Shown in pieces: positions 19,834 through 29,159 of a stretch of DNA of 64,000 nucleotides. The notes under the pieces are model-generated. The model was not told the DNA's origin. It ran no database searches and saw only the letters and a program-made list of their open reading frames with translations. Both the position numbers and the translations under genes were made by a program. The DNA comes from Bdellovibrio sp. GTDB taxonomy: Bacteria; Bdellovibrionota; Bdellovibrionia; Bdellovibrionales; Bdellovibrionaceae. The DNA lies in the NCBI RefSeq assembly GCF_036384735.1, contig NZ_DASVLT010000038.1, positions 148 through 64,147 on the forward strand, written 5' to 3'. The stretch's first letter is position 1, and each line of letters starts with the position of its first letter.

Positions 19834-22050
19834 CTATCCAGTCTTCTTCGCCGGAGGAATGACCCCTGGCATTTTTGGAGCCGCGATGTTTGGTGCAGGA
19901 CCTGCTGGTTTCGCAGCAGGTGGATTTCCTGCCGCTGGATCATTGGCAAAGATCTCGCGTGGAATCACAACACCTTTATCGCTTAGTTTTTGAATAAAGC
20001 TAGGAATCGTACCAGTTGCCTGAAAGACACCTTGAATTTTACGATTCTTGTCGTAACCCGTTTCTTTGAAGCGGAAAATTTCCGCCAAAGTCACGACGTC
20101 CCCTTGCATGCCGGCGACTTCTGTAATGCTCAACACTTTACGAGAACCGTCTGACAGACGAGAAATCTGCACAATCAAATTCACCGCACCTGAGATCTGT
20201 TCTCGGATCGCGCGAACAGGAAGGTCCATTCCTGACATCATACAAAGAGTTTCAAGGCGAGCAATACACTCACGTGGACTGTTCGCATGTGTTGTAGTCA
20301 TTGAACCGTCATGGCCTGTATTCATCGCTTGCAACATATCAAGAGCGGCGCCGTCACGGCACTCACCGACGATGATGCGATCGGGACGCATACGCAGGGC
20401 GTTCTTAATCAAGTCACGAATTGTTACAGAGTTCGTCCCTTCCATCGAGGCAGGACGAGTTTCCAGACGCACAACGTGTTCCTGTTGAAGTTGCAGCTCG
20501 GCCGCGTCCTCGACGGTGATCACACGCTCGTTAGAAGGAATGAACGATGACAACATGTTCAGCAAAGATGTCTTACCTGAACCGGTACCGCCAGAGATAA
20601 CGATATTCAAACCGTTTTCTGCACAGATGCGAAGGAAGTCGATCATGTTCTTAGTGATACTTCCGTACTCCATGTATTTTTCCGGAGTGATACCACCTTT
20701 TTTAAATTTACGAATTGTCAGAGCAGGGCCATCGATCGCCAATGGTTCAATCACGGCGTTCACACGGGAACCGTCTTTTAAACGGGCATCCACGTATGGT
20801 GTCGAATCGTTGATCTGACGACCTAGTGGAGTCACGATACGTTCGATAATGCGGCGAAGATGATCATTCGATGTGAATGTCACAGGGCTGAGTTGAACTT
20901 TACCACTGCGTTCGACGAAGATTTTCTTGTAGCCGTTAACCATGATCTCGGAAACGGAAGGCTCTGCAAGGAGGTCTTCCAAAGGACCAAGGCCCAAAGC
21001 TTCTTCTAAAACCTCTTTGATGATTTTAGACCGTTCTTCACGAGCTACATCCGGAGCTTCTTTATCAACGATCACCGTAATTTCGCGTTTTGTTTTCTCA
21101 CGAATTTCTTTTTCTTTATTTTCATCTTTGGTATCCATCAAAAGTTTTTTGAGGTCTACCGTGCGGATCAATTCATTGTGCACACGAATCTTAAGCATCG
21201 TGCGGGGGTCCATACCTGACATTCCAGCGGGAGCATTCGCTCCACTATCTGTCGAAGCGGCAGGAGCTGTTGGCTTTGGACGAGACAATGTTTTTAGTCT
21301 TTGTAAAACACCGCCGGTTAGCTTTCTTGCCACGTCAAAGTAGGCCGCCGTCACAGGAGCTTTTGGCGACGAGATCACAAATGGAGTGTATTTTTGAAGC
21401 GCCATCATCGATGTGGCTTCATCTTGCGGAACGATCCCTAAGAAAGGCAGTTGCAATTGATTTGAAATCGCTTGTGGAGAAAGACCTGTCGGTGACGCCT
21501 TATTGATGACAAGTTGGAACATGTCTTTCGGGAAAGTCGCAGACAAAAGTTCGTTCACAAGACGTTGAGTCTGAGTCACAACTAACACTTCAGGTGTTGT
21601 CACGATCATGATCGCGGTAGCTTCTTGCAGAACAGCCATTTGAGCAGGTCCCAAATCGTTACCAACGTCGACGACGATAAATTTAAATGCACGACTGAAA
21701 AACTCGACAAGCTTGCCCAACATGTCGGGAGAAATGTTCATGCTTTCTTCGGGGCCGCGAACAGCACCAAGATAAGCAAGGCCTGACGTATGCATCGTCA
21801 CAAGAGTGTTCATCGGTTGTGAGTTTAATGAACCTTGAAAGTTAGCAAGTTCTTTCAGAGTTTTAACGGGCTTCAAGCCCATGATCACGTTCTGGTCACC
21901 GACGCTTTTCGAGTCAGCATCGATGAGAAGGACTTGAGCACGAAGCTCTGTCATCAGGGCGCAGGCAAAGTTAGCAGCGAAGACGCTCTTACCGACGCCT
22001 CCTTTACCACCAACTACAGCAATAAGATTACAGTTAGGATTTATAGCCAA
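19834..22050 (-). CDS. tadA: fused TadZ/CpaE (MinD/ParA-like) - TadA/CpaF pilus ATPase
   Basis: N-terminal GGKGGVGKS; C-terminal GLGPLEDLL, GGTGSGKT, EDAAEL, RMRPDRIIVGECR; TTG start after gagg. Confidence 0.93.
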   Translation of the reverse strand: MAINPNCNLIAVVGGKGGVGKSVFAANFACALMTELRAQVLLIDADSKSVGDQNVIMGLKPVKTLKELANFQGSLNSQPMNTLVTMHTSGLAYLGAVRGPEESMNISPDMLGKLVEFFSRAFKFIVVDVGNDLGPAQMAVLQEATAIMIVTTPEVLVVTQTQRLVNELLSATFPKDMFQLVINKASPTGLSPQAISNQLQLPFLGIVPQDEATSMMALQKYTPFVISSPKAPVTAAYFDVARKLTGGVLQRLKTLSRPKPTAPAASTDSGANAPAGMSGMDPRTMLKIRVHNELIRTVDLKKLLMDTKDENKEKEIREKTKREITVIVDKEAPDVAREERSKIIKEVLEEALGLGPLEDLLAEPSVSEIMVNGYKKIFVERSGKVQLSPVTFTSNDHLRRIIERIVTPLGRQINDSTPYVDARLKDGSRVNAVIEPLAIDGPALTIRKFKKGGITPEKYMEYGSITKNMIDFLRICAENGLNIVISGGTGSGKTSLLNMLSSFIPSNERVITVEDAAELQLQQEHVVRLETRPASMEGTNSVTIRDLIKNALRMRPDRIIVGECRDGAALDMLQAMNTGHDGSMTTTHANSPRECIARLETLCMMSGMDLPVRAIREQISGAVNLIVQISRLSDGSRKVLSITEVAGMQGDVVTLAEIFRFKETGYDKNRKIQGVFQATGTIPSFIQKLSDKGVVIPREIFANDPAAGNPPAAKPAGPAPNIAAPKMPGVIPPAKKTG

Positions 22051-22068
22051 TGCGGACCTCCATCTTCC

Positions 22069-22095
22069 TTATCGGCTAAACGTACTTTTTTTATA
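22069..22095 (-). promoter_or_regulatory. sigma28-like promoter for tadZA-tadB-YD-hit
   Basis: TATA-N15-GCCGATAA; perfect -10 box 19 nt above the start codon. Confidence 0.65.
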
Positions 22096-22152
22096 CGGTT
22101 CTTAGGGCTAGTGCGAGGGACCCTAGTTTTTCAGGACCAGGGTCTTAATAAA

Positions 22153-23685
22153 CTAATCTCTTAGACGGAATTTCTTCTTGATTTGCTCAGCACCAGCACT
22201 CGCAGAGGTTTTCACCACTGGAGTCACAAATACCACAAATTGACTTTGGTCTTTTGAAAACTCTTTGGAAGCATACAAAGTAATGATTGGATTCTTATAC
22301 GATCCATTCGGACGGTTATAGCCCGTTGTTGAAGAGTTACGGATCAAACCACCAACTGCCGCGCTTTGCCTATCGCGCACGATGATCGCACTCGTCATTT
22401 CATTGCTGCTAGTGATTGGCGCACCTGCTGAGGTGCTGCCGATCATACTGCTGACTTTAAATGCCATATCCATGTGTACACTTCCTGATTTCTCGCCAGT
22501 CAGTGTCGGAGTGATCGTCGATACGATACCCACCTCTGCGAAGGCAGTACCTTGTGTGCCGTTCTGGCCGATTACAGCGTAGGGTTCGTTAGTGATTTGT
22601 TTGATCTCACCTTTCTTGCCATCCTCTACAATCAAGCTTGTACTTTCAAGAATACGAGCGTGACCGTGTTGTTTTGCCCAGTTCAATTTTGGAAGCAAGT
22701 TTGAAACAGTACCTGTGATAGATGCAACGATACCACCAGCGGTGCTTGTGCCACCACTTGATACGGTCATTTGCGAGTTATCACCCAGCTCTGGCGTGAA
22801 TTGGAATTTGAAGGCCTTAGAATAGTCCTTATTCAATTCCACATAGTGCACAACCAGTTGAATCATTTTTGGAGGTGGCTTCGGCGCGGATTCTTTCACC
22901 TGGATAAGGTTGATAACACCGTCATTGGCAGGTTTACGCTTTTTGATTACGCCTTTTTCTTCCGCCGCTTCGATGACGATGTCTGGAAGATATGTTTTCG
23001 CGATGATTTCAGCACGAGCCTTTTCATCATCACTGCTTGCCCAACCTTGAAGAATGATTTTGTCATTTACAGCACGAACTTCGATTTCTGGATTGTTGAT
23101 GTCACGCATGATGAACTCAGCAATCTTCTTTTGTGCAAGGGGGGACAAAGTCACAAGGGAAGATGCTTGATCACCGAATTGTTGAACAACGTTATAGATG
23201 CGCGCTAAGTCTTTCGGAAGAAGAATCTGACCATCGACAACAACTCTATTGTTCACGATCTTGATATTGATACCTTCGATATCACCAAGAAGTGCACGCA
23301 TCTCGCGCACGACTTTATCAAGTTTTGATTTTTTGATATCGATACGATATTCCGCAACGATCTTGCCATTTTTCCTATCATGAATTGTCAAAGTCGCAAA
23401 ACCTTCCGCCTTAGGGGTGAAGCGGATTGTGTTAAGGTCTTTGGCATAGGCAGCACTTACGATTCTGCGGAAATCACCTTTGAATTCCACATTTTCGGGA
23501 ATGGGAGGCAGCTTCTCGTCATGTTCAATTCCGAGAGTTAAGCTAATGAATTTACGCGAGCGATAGGCACTACTGCCATCCTCAGATGAAGGCAACGAGG
23601 GATCAGCCGTGAGGTCATCATCCGCGTGCACCCATTGTCCACCCAAGCTAAGAAGCATGCTCAGCATGAGAAGTTGTAATTTCAT
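22153..23685 (-). CDS. cpaC: RcpA/CpaC-type pilus secretin with a BON-like domain
   Basis: Signal peptide; T2SS-T3SS-pil_N-like N-terminus; secretin C-domain (HARILESTSLIVEDG, SAAVGGLI, FVVFVTP). Confidence 0.85.
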   Translation of the reverse strand: MKLQLLMLSMLLSLGGQWVHADDDLTADPSLPSSEDGSSAYRSRKFISLTLGIEHDEKLPPIPENVEFKGDFRRIVSAAYAKDLNTIRFTPKAEGFATLTIHDRKNGKIVAEYRIDIKKSKLDKVVREMRALLGDIEGINIKIVNNRVVVDGQILLPKDLARIYNVVQQFGDQASSLVTLSPLAQKKIAEFIMRDINNPEIEVRAVNDKIILQGWASSDDEKARAEIIAKTYLPDIVIEAAEEKGVIKKRKPANDGVINLIQVKESAPKPPPKMIQLVVHYVELNKDYSKAFKFQFTPELGDNSQMTVSSGGTSTAGGIVASITGTVSNLLPKLNWAKQHGHARILESTSLIVEDGKKGEIKQITNEPYAVIGQNGTQGTAFAEVGIVSTITPTLTGEKSGSVHMDMAFKVSSMIGSTSAGAPITSSNEMTSAIIVRDRQSAAVGGLIRNSSTTGYNRPNGSYKNPIITLYASKEFSKDQSQFVVFVTPVVKTSASAGAEQIKKKFRLRD

Positions 23686-23726
23686 AATTCCCCCTTAACC
23701 AACCAAAACCCCAAAAACAAAACGAA

Positions 23727-24647
23727 TTACAAAGTATGGAAACCACCTGGACGAGTCTGCTGACGCTGTTGAGTCGGAACTTGATGCGTCGGCATCGCAG
23801 GTCTTTGCTGTTGCGGCAGAATTACCGGAGGCGCCACAGAAGCTGGAGCCGGGCCATCCATCGAAACAACAGGCTTGCCAAGTACGGATTCAGCCGACGA
23901 TGTTGCCATACGTGGTGGAACCGCTCTGTCACTAGGATTTCTTAAAGCAAAGAACAAGTTGCCTGGCGCTGTCGAAAGAATATAAATCAAGTCTTGCGCC
24001 TCTTTCGGAGTCGCCTCAATTGTGATTGTCGTATATTTCGTATCACCAGTCAGTGCGATCTGATTTAAGTTTTTACCAGTTGAATCCAGTTCGAACATGC
24101 GAGGAATGTTGTTCACCACACTCACGCCTGTTGCAAGAACCACAACGTCACTCATCATCGTGAACACTTCACGTTTTTGATTTACACCTTTACCGCTATC
24201 GACAGCTGCATAGATGTCAACACGATCGCCAGGACGAATCAATTTCGCAACGGCACGGACTTCATCCACCGGAATTGTCACAGCACGTTTACTTGGCGCC
24301 ACTTGCAAAGCAATCCCTGTGTCAGGACCTGGAGTCAGAAGGTTGTTTTTCACAACCATTTGTCCTTTACGAATAGGTACTGCTGCTACGTTACCAATGA
24401 TTTCATCAGGAACTGTAATGGCATCTGGTTGAATGAAGTCTGCAGGAAGTTCTTTAGTTTCAACCATAGTGTCGTAGATGGTTTGCATTTCAGAGATATC
24501 CTCTTTCGCAACAACCACGCGTTTGGTAGAGCCGAAGCGCTTGTCATACTCTGCTTTTTTCTCTTGCGAATAGCTATACAGCAGGAATGTTGCGAACACC
24601 CCCGCGCCAATTGATAGCCATAAATTTCGCGTATCGTTTGATCCCAT
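23727..24647 (-). CDS. cpaB: Flp pilus assembly protein CpaB/RcpC
   Basis: SAF domain VVVAKEDI; KRAVTIPVDEVRAVAKLIRPGDRVDI; start moved to MGSND. Confidence 0.92.
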   Translation of the reverse strand: MGSNDTRNLWLSIGAGVFATFLLYSYSQEKKAEYDKRFGSTKRVVVAKEDISEMQTIYDTMVETKELPADFIQPDAITVPDEIIGNVAAVPIRKGQMVVKNNLLTPGPDTGIALQVAPSKRAVTIPVDEVRAVAKLIRPGDRVDIYAAVDSGKGVNQKREVFTMMSDVVVLATGVSVVNNIPRMFELDSTGKNLNQIALTGDTKYTTITIEATPKEAQDLIYILSTAPGNLFFALRNPSDRAVPPRMATSSAESVLGKPVVSMDGPAPASVAPPVILPQQQRPAMPTHQVPTQQRQQTRPGGFHTL

Positions 24648-24655
24648 ATCGTTTC

Positions 24656-25168
24656 CTAACTCGGCCCAGTGCATTTTGCGTTCAAGCAGATGCCGTATGA
24701 TGTTTTAATCCAAATGGGGTTCACACTTGTTTTTTCGTTTCTAGAAGAATCGGTAATCGCGTTGACGTCAGTGTTATGTTGAGACTTGCTTGCCTCGTCC
24801 AACGCAATGCTCGTGGTATCAAAATAATTAAGATAGCGTTTCGTCGCTAAGAAGTCGGGACTTCCGCTACCATAGTCAGCCACCGCATGAATGCGACAAC
24901 CCTTTTGTTCATAGTGAATCTCTGCCGGCGAGTAAGAAGCACTTGCAGGAGTCACGTTACGGAAATACACCAAATTCGCGCGGTGGTTGAATGTCGCAAA
25001 CGCATTGTTGCGCGCGCCGATTGAATTTACGATGCCCGTATGAATAGCTCCGAAGAACCCTAGCGAGAAATTAAATAGCAAAATAATAACGAACAAGATG
25101 GGGATCATTTCAAAGATCGCCATCCCTTTTTCGTTGTTCAATGAAGGTTTCTTTTTACGCATCAACAT
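24656..25168 (-). CDS. TadE/TadF-like pseudopilin
   Basis: Class III signal EKG|MAIFE followed by a hydrophobic helix. Confidence 0.8.
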   Translation of the reverse strand: MLMRKKKPSLNNEKGMAIFEMIPILFVIILLFNFSLGFFGAIHTGIVNSIGARNNAFATFNHRANLVYFRNVTPASASYSPAEIHYEQKGCRIHAVADYGSGSPDFLATKRYLNYFDTTSIALDEASKSQHNTDVNAITDSSRNEKTSVNPIWIKTSYGICLNAKCTGPS

Positions 25169-25830
25169 CCGTTGTCCTCCATGGGATAATAACTTCTGGA
25201 AGTTGTGCCGCTACCCATGGTGTAACCGGAGTTCAACTGCACAAAGGCGTCATAACGTTTCTTCATTTGATCGAGACATTCAGACTGTGAGGGCTCTCTG
25301 AAGATAAGAGCGTTCAATTTTGCACTGAAGCCAGTGTCTGTATCCGAGGCTGTGTTGCCCAAGAAAGGAATCTTAATATTCAAAATTCTTGGTGTGAAAG
25401 TGATTTGCACGCCAGTGTATGGCAACGCCGAGTTGTCAGGAGTGATTCCGTAAGTTTCAGAGAAATCAGATCCTGAAAGTCCGTTACGAATATCAGGAGC
25501 TCCTGCAGCACCTTGTTGTGTTGTTCCGACAAGGAACCACGCACCGTTTGGTGTTGCGAACAATGATTTAAATACTGGCGTATTCACTAAAGCTTTAAAT
25601 TTATTATTGCCCATCTCAAGCTGTTTATCAGGATCAATGTGAGCCGCAGCATGAGCACGAGCTGTAGAGAACGTGATGTACTGAACAACTTCAGACATCG
25701 CTAACGTGAAAGTCATCGCAAAAAAGACAATGCTAATCCCAACACACAAGGTGATTGAGAAAAGAAAATCAGCAGAGATCATACCCTGCGAATTTCTAAT
25801 TAAGCTTTTGCGTTCTTCTGCAACTTTCAT
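25162..25830 (-). CDS. TadE/TadG-like pseudopilin
   Basis: SQG|MISAD (Asp at +5), hydrophobic helix, TARAHAA motif. Confidence 0.72.
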   Translation of the reverse strand: MKVAEERKSLIRNSQGMISADFLFSITLCVGISIVFFAMTFTLAMSEVVQYITFSTARAHAAAHIDPDKQLEMGNNKFKALVNTPVFKSLFATPNGAWFLVGTTQQGAAGAPDIRNGLSGSDFSETYGITPDNSALPYTGVQITFTPRILNIKIPFLGNTASDTDTGFSAKLNALIFREPSQSECLDQMKKRYDAFVQLNSGYTMGSGTTSRSYYPMEDNGC

Positions 25831-25839
25831 TTCGCCTTC

Positions 25840-26106
25840 TTACTTACGCGGGTCCAAAGAGATTGTCCGGGCACTGCTCGAAGCCATGTTCTTGCAGACT
25901 TTTGTGGGAGTTCCCCACACGCCACATTCCAACATCCCTTGAATCCGACCCCATGGTTCTTCTACGATCTTTGCCATAAACTTGTTGTCCTGAAGGGCCT
26001 TCACAGAAGCCGTGAAAACTCCCATCAGTACAATAATCAACAAAACACTTTCGATGACGAATTGACCGCGTTGATTGCGAAGCGAATTTTTCAATTGGCC
26101 CCCCAC
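25840..26106 (-). CDS. Flp-like/minor pilin
   Basis: RNQRG|QFVIES with Glu5; hydrophobic helix; C-terminal Cys pair. Confidence 0.82.
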   Translation of the reverse strand: MGGQLKNSLRNQRGQFVIESVLLIIVLMGVFTASVKALQDNKFMAKIVEEPWGRIQGMLECGVWGTPTKVCKNMASSSARTISLDPRK

Positions 26107-26276
26107 GTGTTGCGACTTCCGCCAGGTTGAAAGTTACCGCCGGTTTCCAATTGACGTTCAACCCGAGCCCCTAAACGAGGACCAGAATTGATAAACGCTT
26201 TCGTCGGAGCTGAAACAAAAAGTTTCAGCCCGATAAAAATCGCCGCTACCATCAATAAGACGTACTCAACGGTCAT
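26091..26276 (-). CDS. Flp-like pilin with no prepilin leader
   Basis: MTVEYVLLMVAAIFIG; gaggt RBS; in-frame TAA six codons upstream. Confidence 0.72.
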   Translation of the reverse strand: MTVEYVLLMVAAIFIGLKLFVSAPTKAFINSGPRLGARVERQLETGGNFQPGGSRNTWGAN

Positions 26277-26308
26277 GAAGACCTCGGTCGTTTAAGTTAA
26301 AGAGAAAA

Positions 26309-26494
26309 CTATTGGCCGAATGACGTGATATCGCTGCTCAAAGAGCTCACTTTATCAGTCACAGCTGATTTGATTTTGTCTTTGAAGATGATCACGAGGC
26401 TTACTACGACAACCAACAATAGGATGTACTCAGTCGCACCTTGACCCGCTTTGCTCTTCAAAAGACTTTTAGAAAAGTTCTTAAACTTCTTCAT
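26309..26494 (-). CDS. flp: Flp major pilin (type IVb)
   Basis: KAG|QGATEYILLLVVVV, the canonical Flp motif. Confidence 0.93.
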   Translation of the reverse strand: MKKFKNFSKSLLKSKAGQGATEYILLLVVVVSLVIIFKDKIKSAVTDKVSSLSSDITSFGQ

Positions 26495-26523
26495 GGATGT
26501 TCCCCCTTATAGTTCATAATTAT

Positions 26524-26550
26524 TTATCGGCTCAAACGGGGATTCTCTTA
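26524..26550 (-). promoter_or_regulatory. sigma28 (FliA) promoter of the flp operon
   Basis: TAAG-N15-GCCGATAA, 30 nt upstream of the flp ATG. Confidence 0.8.
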
Positions 26551-26768
26551 AGGGTTGCAAGAGTGGAATGTGAACCTAAGGTGTCTCAGGATGAGAAAAA
26601 AGGGCGAAAAAATCATGCGTTGAAATTCACGCAATTTGATCAACTAATTTACATCGATAATTTCGGGGAGTTACACCTGTCGAATTTTTGATCGACACTC
26701 GACGTAGGGCTTAAAAGACCAGGTCCAGTGTGAACTGAAAATAAGCTCGAAGAAAAGCTCACAATTGT

Positions 26769-26797
26769 TTGACCTAATAGATAAGAGGGCCTACCTT
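26769..26797 (+). promoter_or_regulatory. sigma70-like promoter for the small ORF
   Basis: TTGACC-N17-TACCTT. Confidence 0.5.
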
Positions 26798-26819
26798 ACA
26801 AAAGCAGGAGCCATCAACA

Positions 26820-26894
26820 ATGCCGAAGCAGCTGGTTTTTCTATATGTATTTTGTGTCGTGGTACTATTCGTAGTAAACGTCGTCGTTTCTTAG
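26820..26894 (+). CDS. unannotated 24-aa hydrophobic peptide
   Basis: MPKQLVFLYVFCVVVLFVVNVVVS*; AGGAG at 26806-26810. Confidence 0.55.
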   Translation: MPKQLVFLYVFCVVVLFVVNVVVS

Positions 26895-26964
26895 AGCTTT
26901 TTCGTAAAGGCCAGCTGACTGCACTTTCGCGTCTCGCATCTGACCGATACAAAAAAAGCTCTAA
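26891..26964. repeat. 12-bp inverted repeat enclosing 50 nt (long stem-loop or bidirectional terminator)
   Basis: ttagagcttttt (26891-26902) and aaaaagctctaa (26953-26964). Confidence 0.7.
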
Positions 26965-26973
26965 CCAAACCGA

Positions 26974-27492
26974 CTAGTTTTTCAAAGTATAGATATCAGG
27001 ATAATTTCTTCCGATTTCTTCGGAATCCATTCCGTAACCAACTACATAGCGATCATCAATAGTCTTACCGATGTAGTCAGCTTTGATAGGCAATTCACGA
27101 CGAGCCGGTTTATCAAGCAAAGTCACAATTTTAAGTGATGCCGGAGCAGACGCGAACAGGCGGCTTCTTAGGAAGCTCAAAGTGCGGCCTGTATCGATGA
27201 TTTCTTCAACAATCAAAACGTGTTTGCCAGCGATGTTTGTAGAAATGTCTTTAACGATCTTGATCGCACCGCCGCGTTCAACCGCTTGCACGTGAACGAA
27301 ATCCACTTGCTGAGGAAGATCTACTTGTCTCATTAAATCCGCAGTGATGTGCATAGAGCCGCGCAATGGACAGATGAAGATAACTTCTTTCCCGTCGTAG
27401 TCCGCCTCGATTTGGCGTGCAAGTTCACTGACCATCTCTTTGATTTCGTCAGCGGTAAGGAAAGGAACCATTTCGTCTTTTAGCTGTCTCAT
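26974..27492 (-). CDS. hpt: hypoxanthine phosphoribosyltransferase
   Basis: VLIVEEIIDTGRTL PRPP-binding motif; YVVGYGMD. Confidence 0.93.
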   Translation of the reverse strand: MRQLKDEMVPFLTADEIKEMVSELARQIEADYDGKEVIFICPLRGSMHITADLMRQVDLPQQVDFVHVQAVERGGAIKIVKDISTNIAGKHVLIVEEIIDTGRTLSFLRSRLFASAPASLKIVTLLDKPARRELPIKADYIGKTIDDRYVVGYGMDSEEIGRNYPDIYTLKN

Positions 27493-27508
27493 TGTTCTGC
27501 CTCTACTT

Positions 27509-28231
27509 CTACAAGTCGATCGATGTAATGCCTGCTGCTTGTGCCATCTTTAGGTAACGAAGCGCTTCGGGATGTTGTGGATCACGAATGAGGATATTCT
27601 CCCACTGTTCGGTGGCTTCAGCAATATTGTTTGAATTGTAGTAGATAGCCCCAAGCTTTAGGCGAGCTGGAATTAGGTGCGGATACTCACGAATCAAAGA
27701 TTTAAGATCCTTGATTGCGCGTTCGCTTTGGCCTAATTGCACGTTCACTTCTGCAATACGCATTGTGATCTCTGCTTTTCTGCTAGAAAGTTTTTGGGCT
27801 TTTAACAATTGTTCCAGAGCTTCGTTGTAGCGTTTGTATTGATAGTACAAATCAGCCAACTCTTCATGCTTGGAAGCAAGTTTTTCATCTACAAATGGGT
27901 CTTGTTTGCCGGATTTCTTCTCGAGTTGATCTTGAGCATCTAAGAATACTTGTTTGCCTTCGTCGTACTTGCCCAAGTCATTCAAGATGATAGAAAGACC
28001 GACACTGGCGTCAGTGTAAGTCGGATCAATCTCAAGAGCGCGACGGAAGGTTTTGATCGCTTTGCTGAACTGACCTTTATCGTAAAAGATCGTCGCTAGC
28101 ATTTGATAAACTTCCGGGTTGCGAGTGTTCTGCAACAGCATTTGATTCAAAATAGGCTCAGCCATTTTGTAATTACCGTTGATGAAATACCCACGCGCTT
28201 CTGAAAGCATGTCGTCTTGAAGAGAGTGCAT
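27509..28231 (-). CDS. tetratricopeptide repeat protein
   Basis: Tandem TPR helices (AIKTFRRALEIDP). Confidence 0.88.
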   Translation of the reverse strand: MHSLQDDMLSEARGYFINGNYKMAEPILNQMLLQNTRNPEVYQMLATIFYDKGQFSKAIKTFRRALEIDPTYTDASVGLSIILNDLGKYDEGKQVFLDAQDQLEKKSGKQDPFVDEKLASKHEELADLYYQYKRYNEALEQLLKAQKLSSRKAEITMRIAEVNVQLGQSERAIKDLKSLIREYPHLIPARLKLGAIYYNSNNIAEATEQWENILIRDPQHPEALRYLKMAQAAGITSIDL

Positions 28232-28971
28232 TACTTCATCTCCTTTTCCGCATCTTTCAGCTCGCTAGTACCAGGAAAATCGGAAGCCAAAATTTTCAAA
28301 TATTTTTGTGCTTTCGGAGTGTCGTCAATTTTCTTCGCACAAATCACGATTCTTGAGAGAGATTTCTTATCGAAACCCAAACCAGAATAGTTTTTGTAAA
28401 GACCTTCATAGCGACCCAAGGCGCTATCATAGATCTCACGTTTAAAATAGAAATCTGCGATGTATTCTTCCTTCTCGGCCAGCATTTTGATCGTTGCAGA
28501 GCGCTTTTCTTTCGCTTCCGCTATGTACTGCGAGTTCGGATATTTCTTAATCAAATCACTAAGATTAAGGATTGTGTCATTCGCCAGAGATAAATCACGA
28601 TCGATCGTCGCAGGCAATTGCATGAAGTAGCTCATACCTAAGCGAAATTGTACGTAATCCGCTTGCGGAGAAGTCGGATGCAAATCTTTAAACATCTGAT
28701 AGGCCACTTGGGCTTCAGCGTAAGATTCCTGTTTGTAGTAAACGTCTGCGATCGCAAGTTCTGATTTAGTCGCGTAGTTGCTGTACGGGAATTTATTTTT
28801 CACTTCGGTGTAGCGACGAATCGCCTCTTCATAACGTTCGCCCTTATCGAATTCTTCAGCAATCGCAAAAGAACCTTCAGGAGTGTTGGAGTTTTTCTCC
28901 ACGGAAGAGCATGCCGCCAAGAAAAGCGAGCTTGCGCAAATAAGTGTCATGACTCGGAGCGTTTTCAACAT
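28231..28971 (-). CDS. bamD: outer membrane protein assembly factor BamD
   Basis: Lipobox FLAAC; TPRs; IDRDLS motif; IADFYFKR. Confidence 0.88.
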   Translation of the reverse strand: MLKTLRVMTLICASSLFLAACSSVEKNSNTPEGSFAIAEEFDKGERYEEAIRRYTEVKNKFPYSNYATKSELAIADVYYKQESYAEAQVAYQMFKDLHPTSPQADYVQFRLGMSYFMQLPATIDRDLSLANDTILNLSDLIKKYPNSQYIAEAKEKRSATIKMLAEKEEYIADFYFKREIYDSALGRYEGLYKNYSGLGFDKKSLSRIVICAKKIDDTPKAQKYLKILASDFPGTSELKDAEKEMK

Positions 28972-29159
28972 AGACCTCGATCATATTTTGGTCCAGGACC
29001 CACTGTCAATTATTGCGGGGAATATCAGCGAATTAGCGTCTTTTTTCTAAAGGTGGCGCTGTAGAAATTAGCTATTGAGCTTTGAAACAGGCAAAGAGCT
29101 GAAAGTTTGAGAGTGGGTGCAGCATTTTCGTGCACCCTACGACCATGAAAAGTGAAGAT

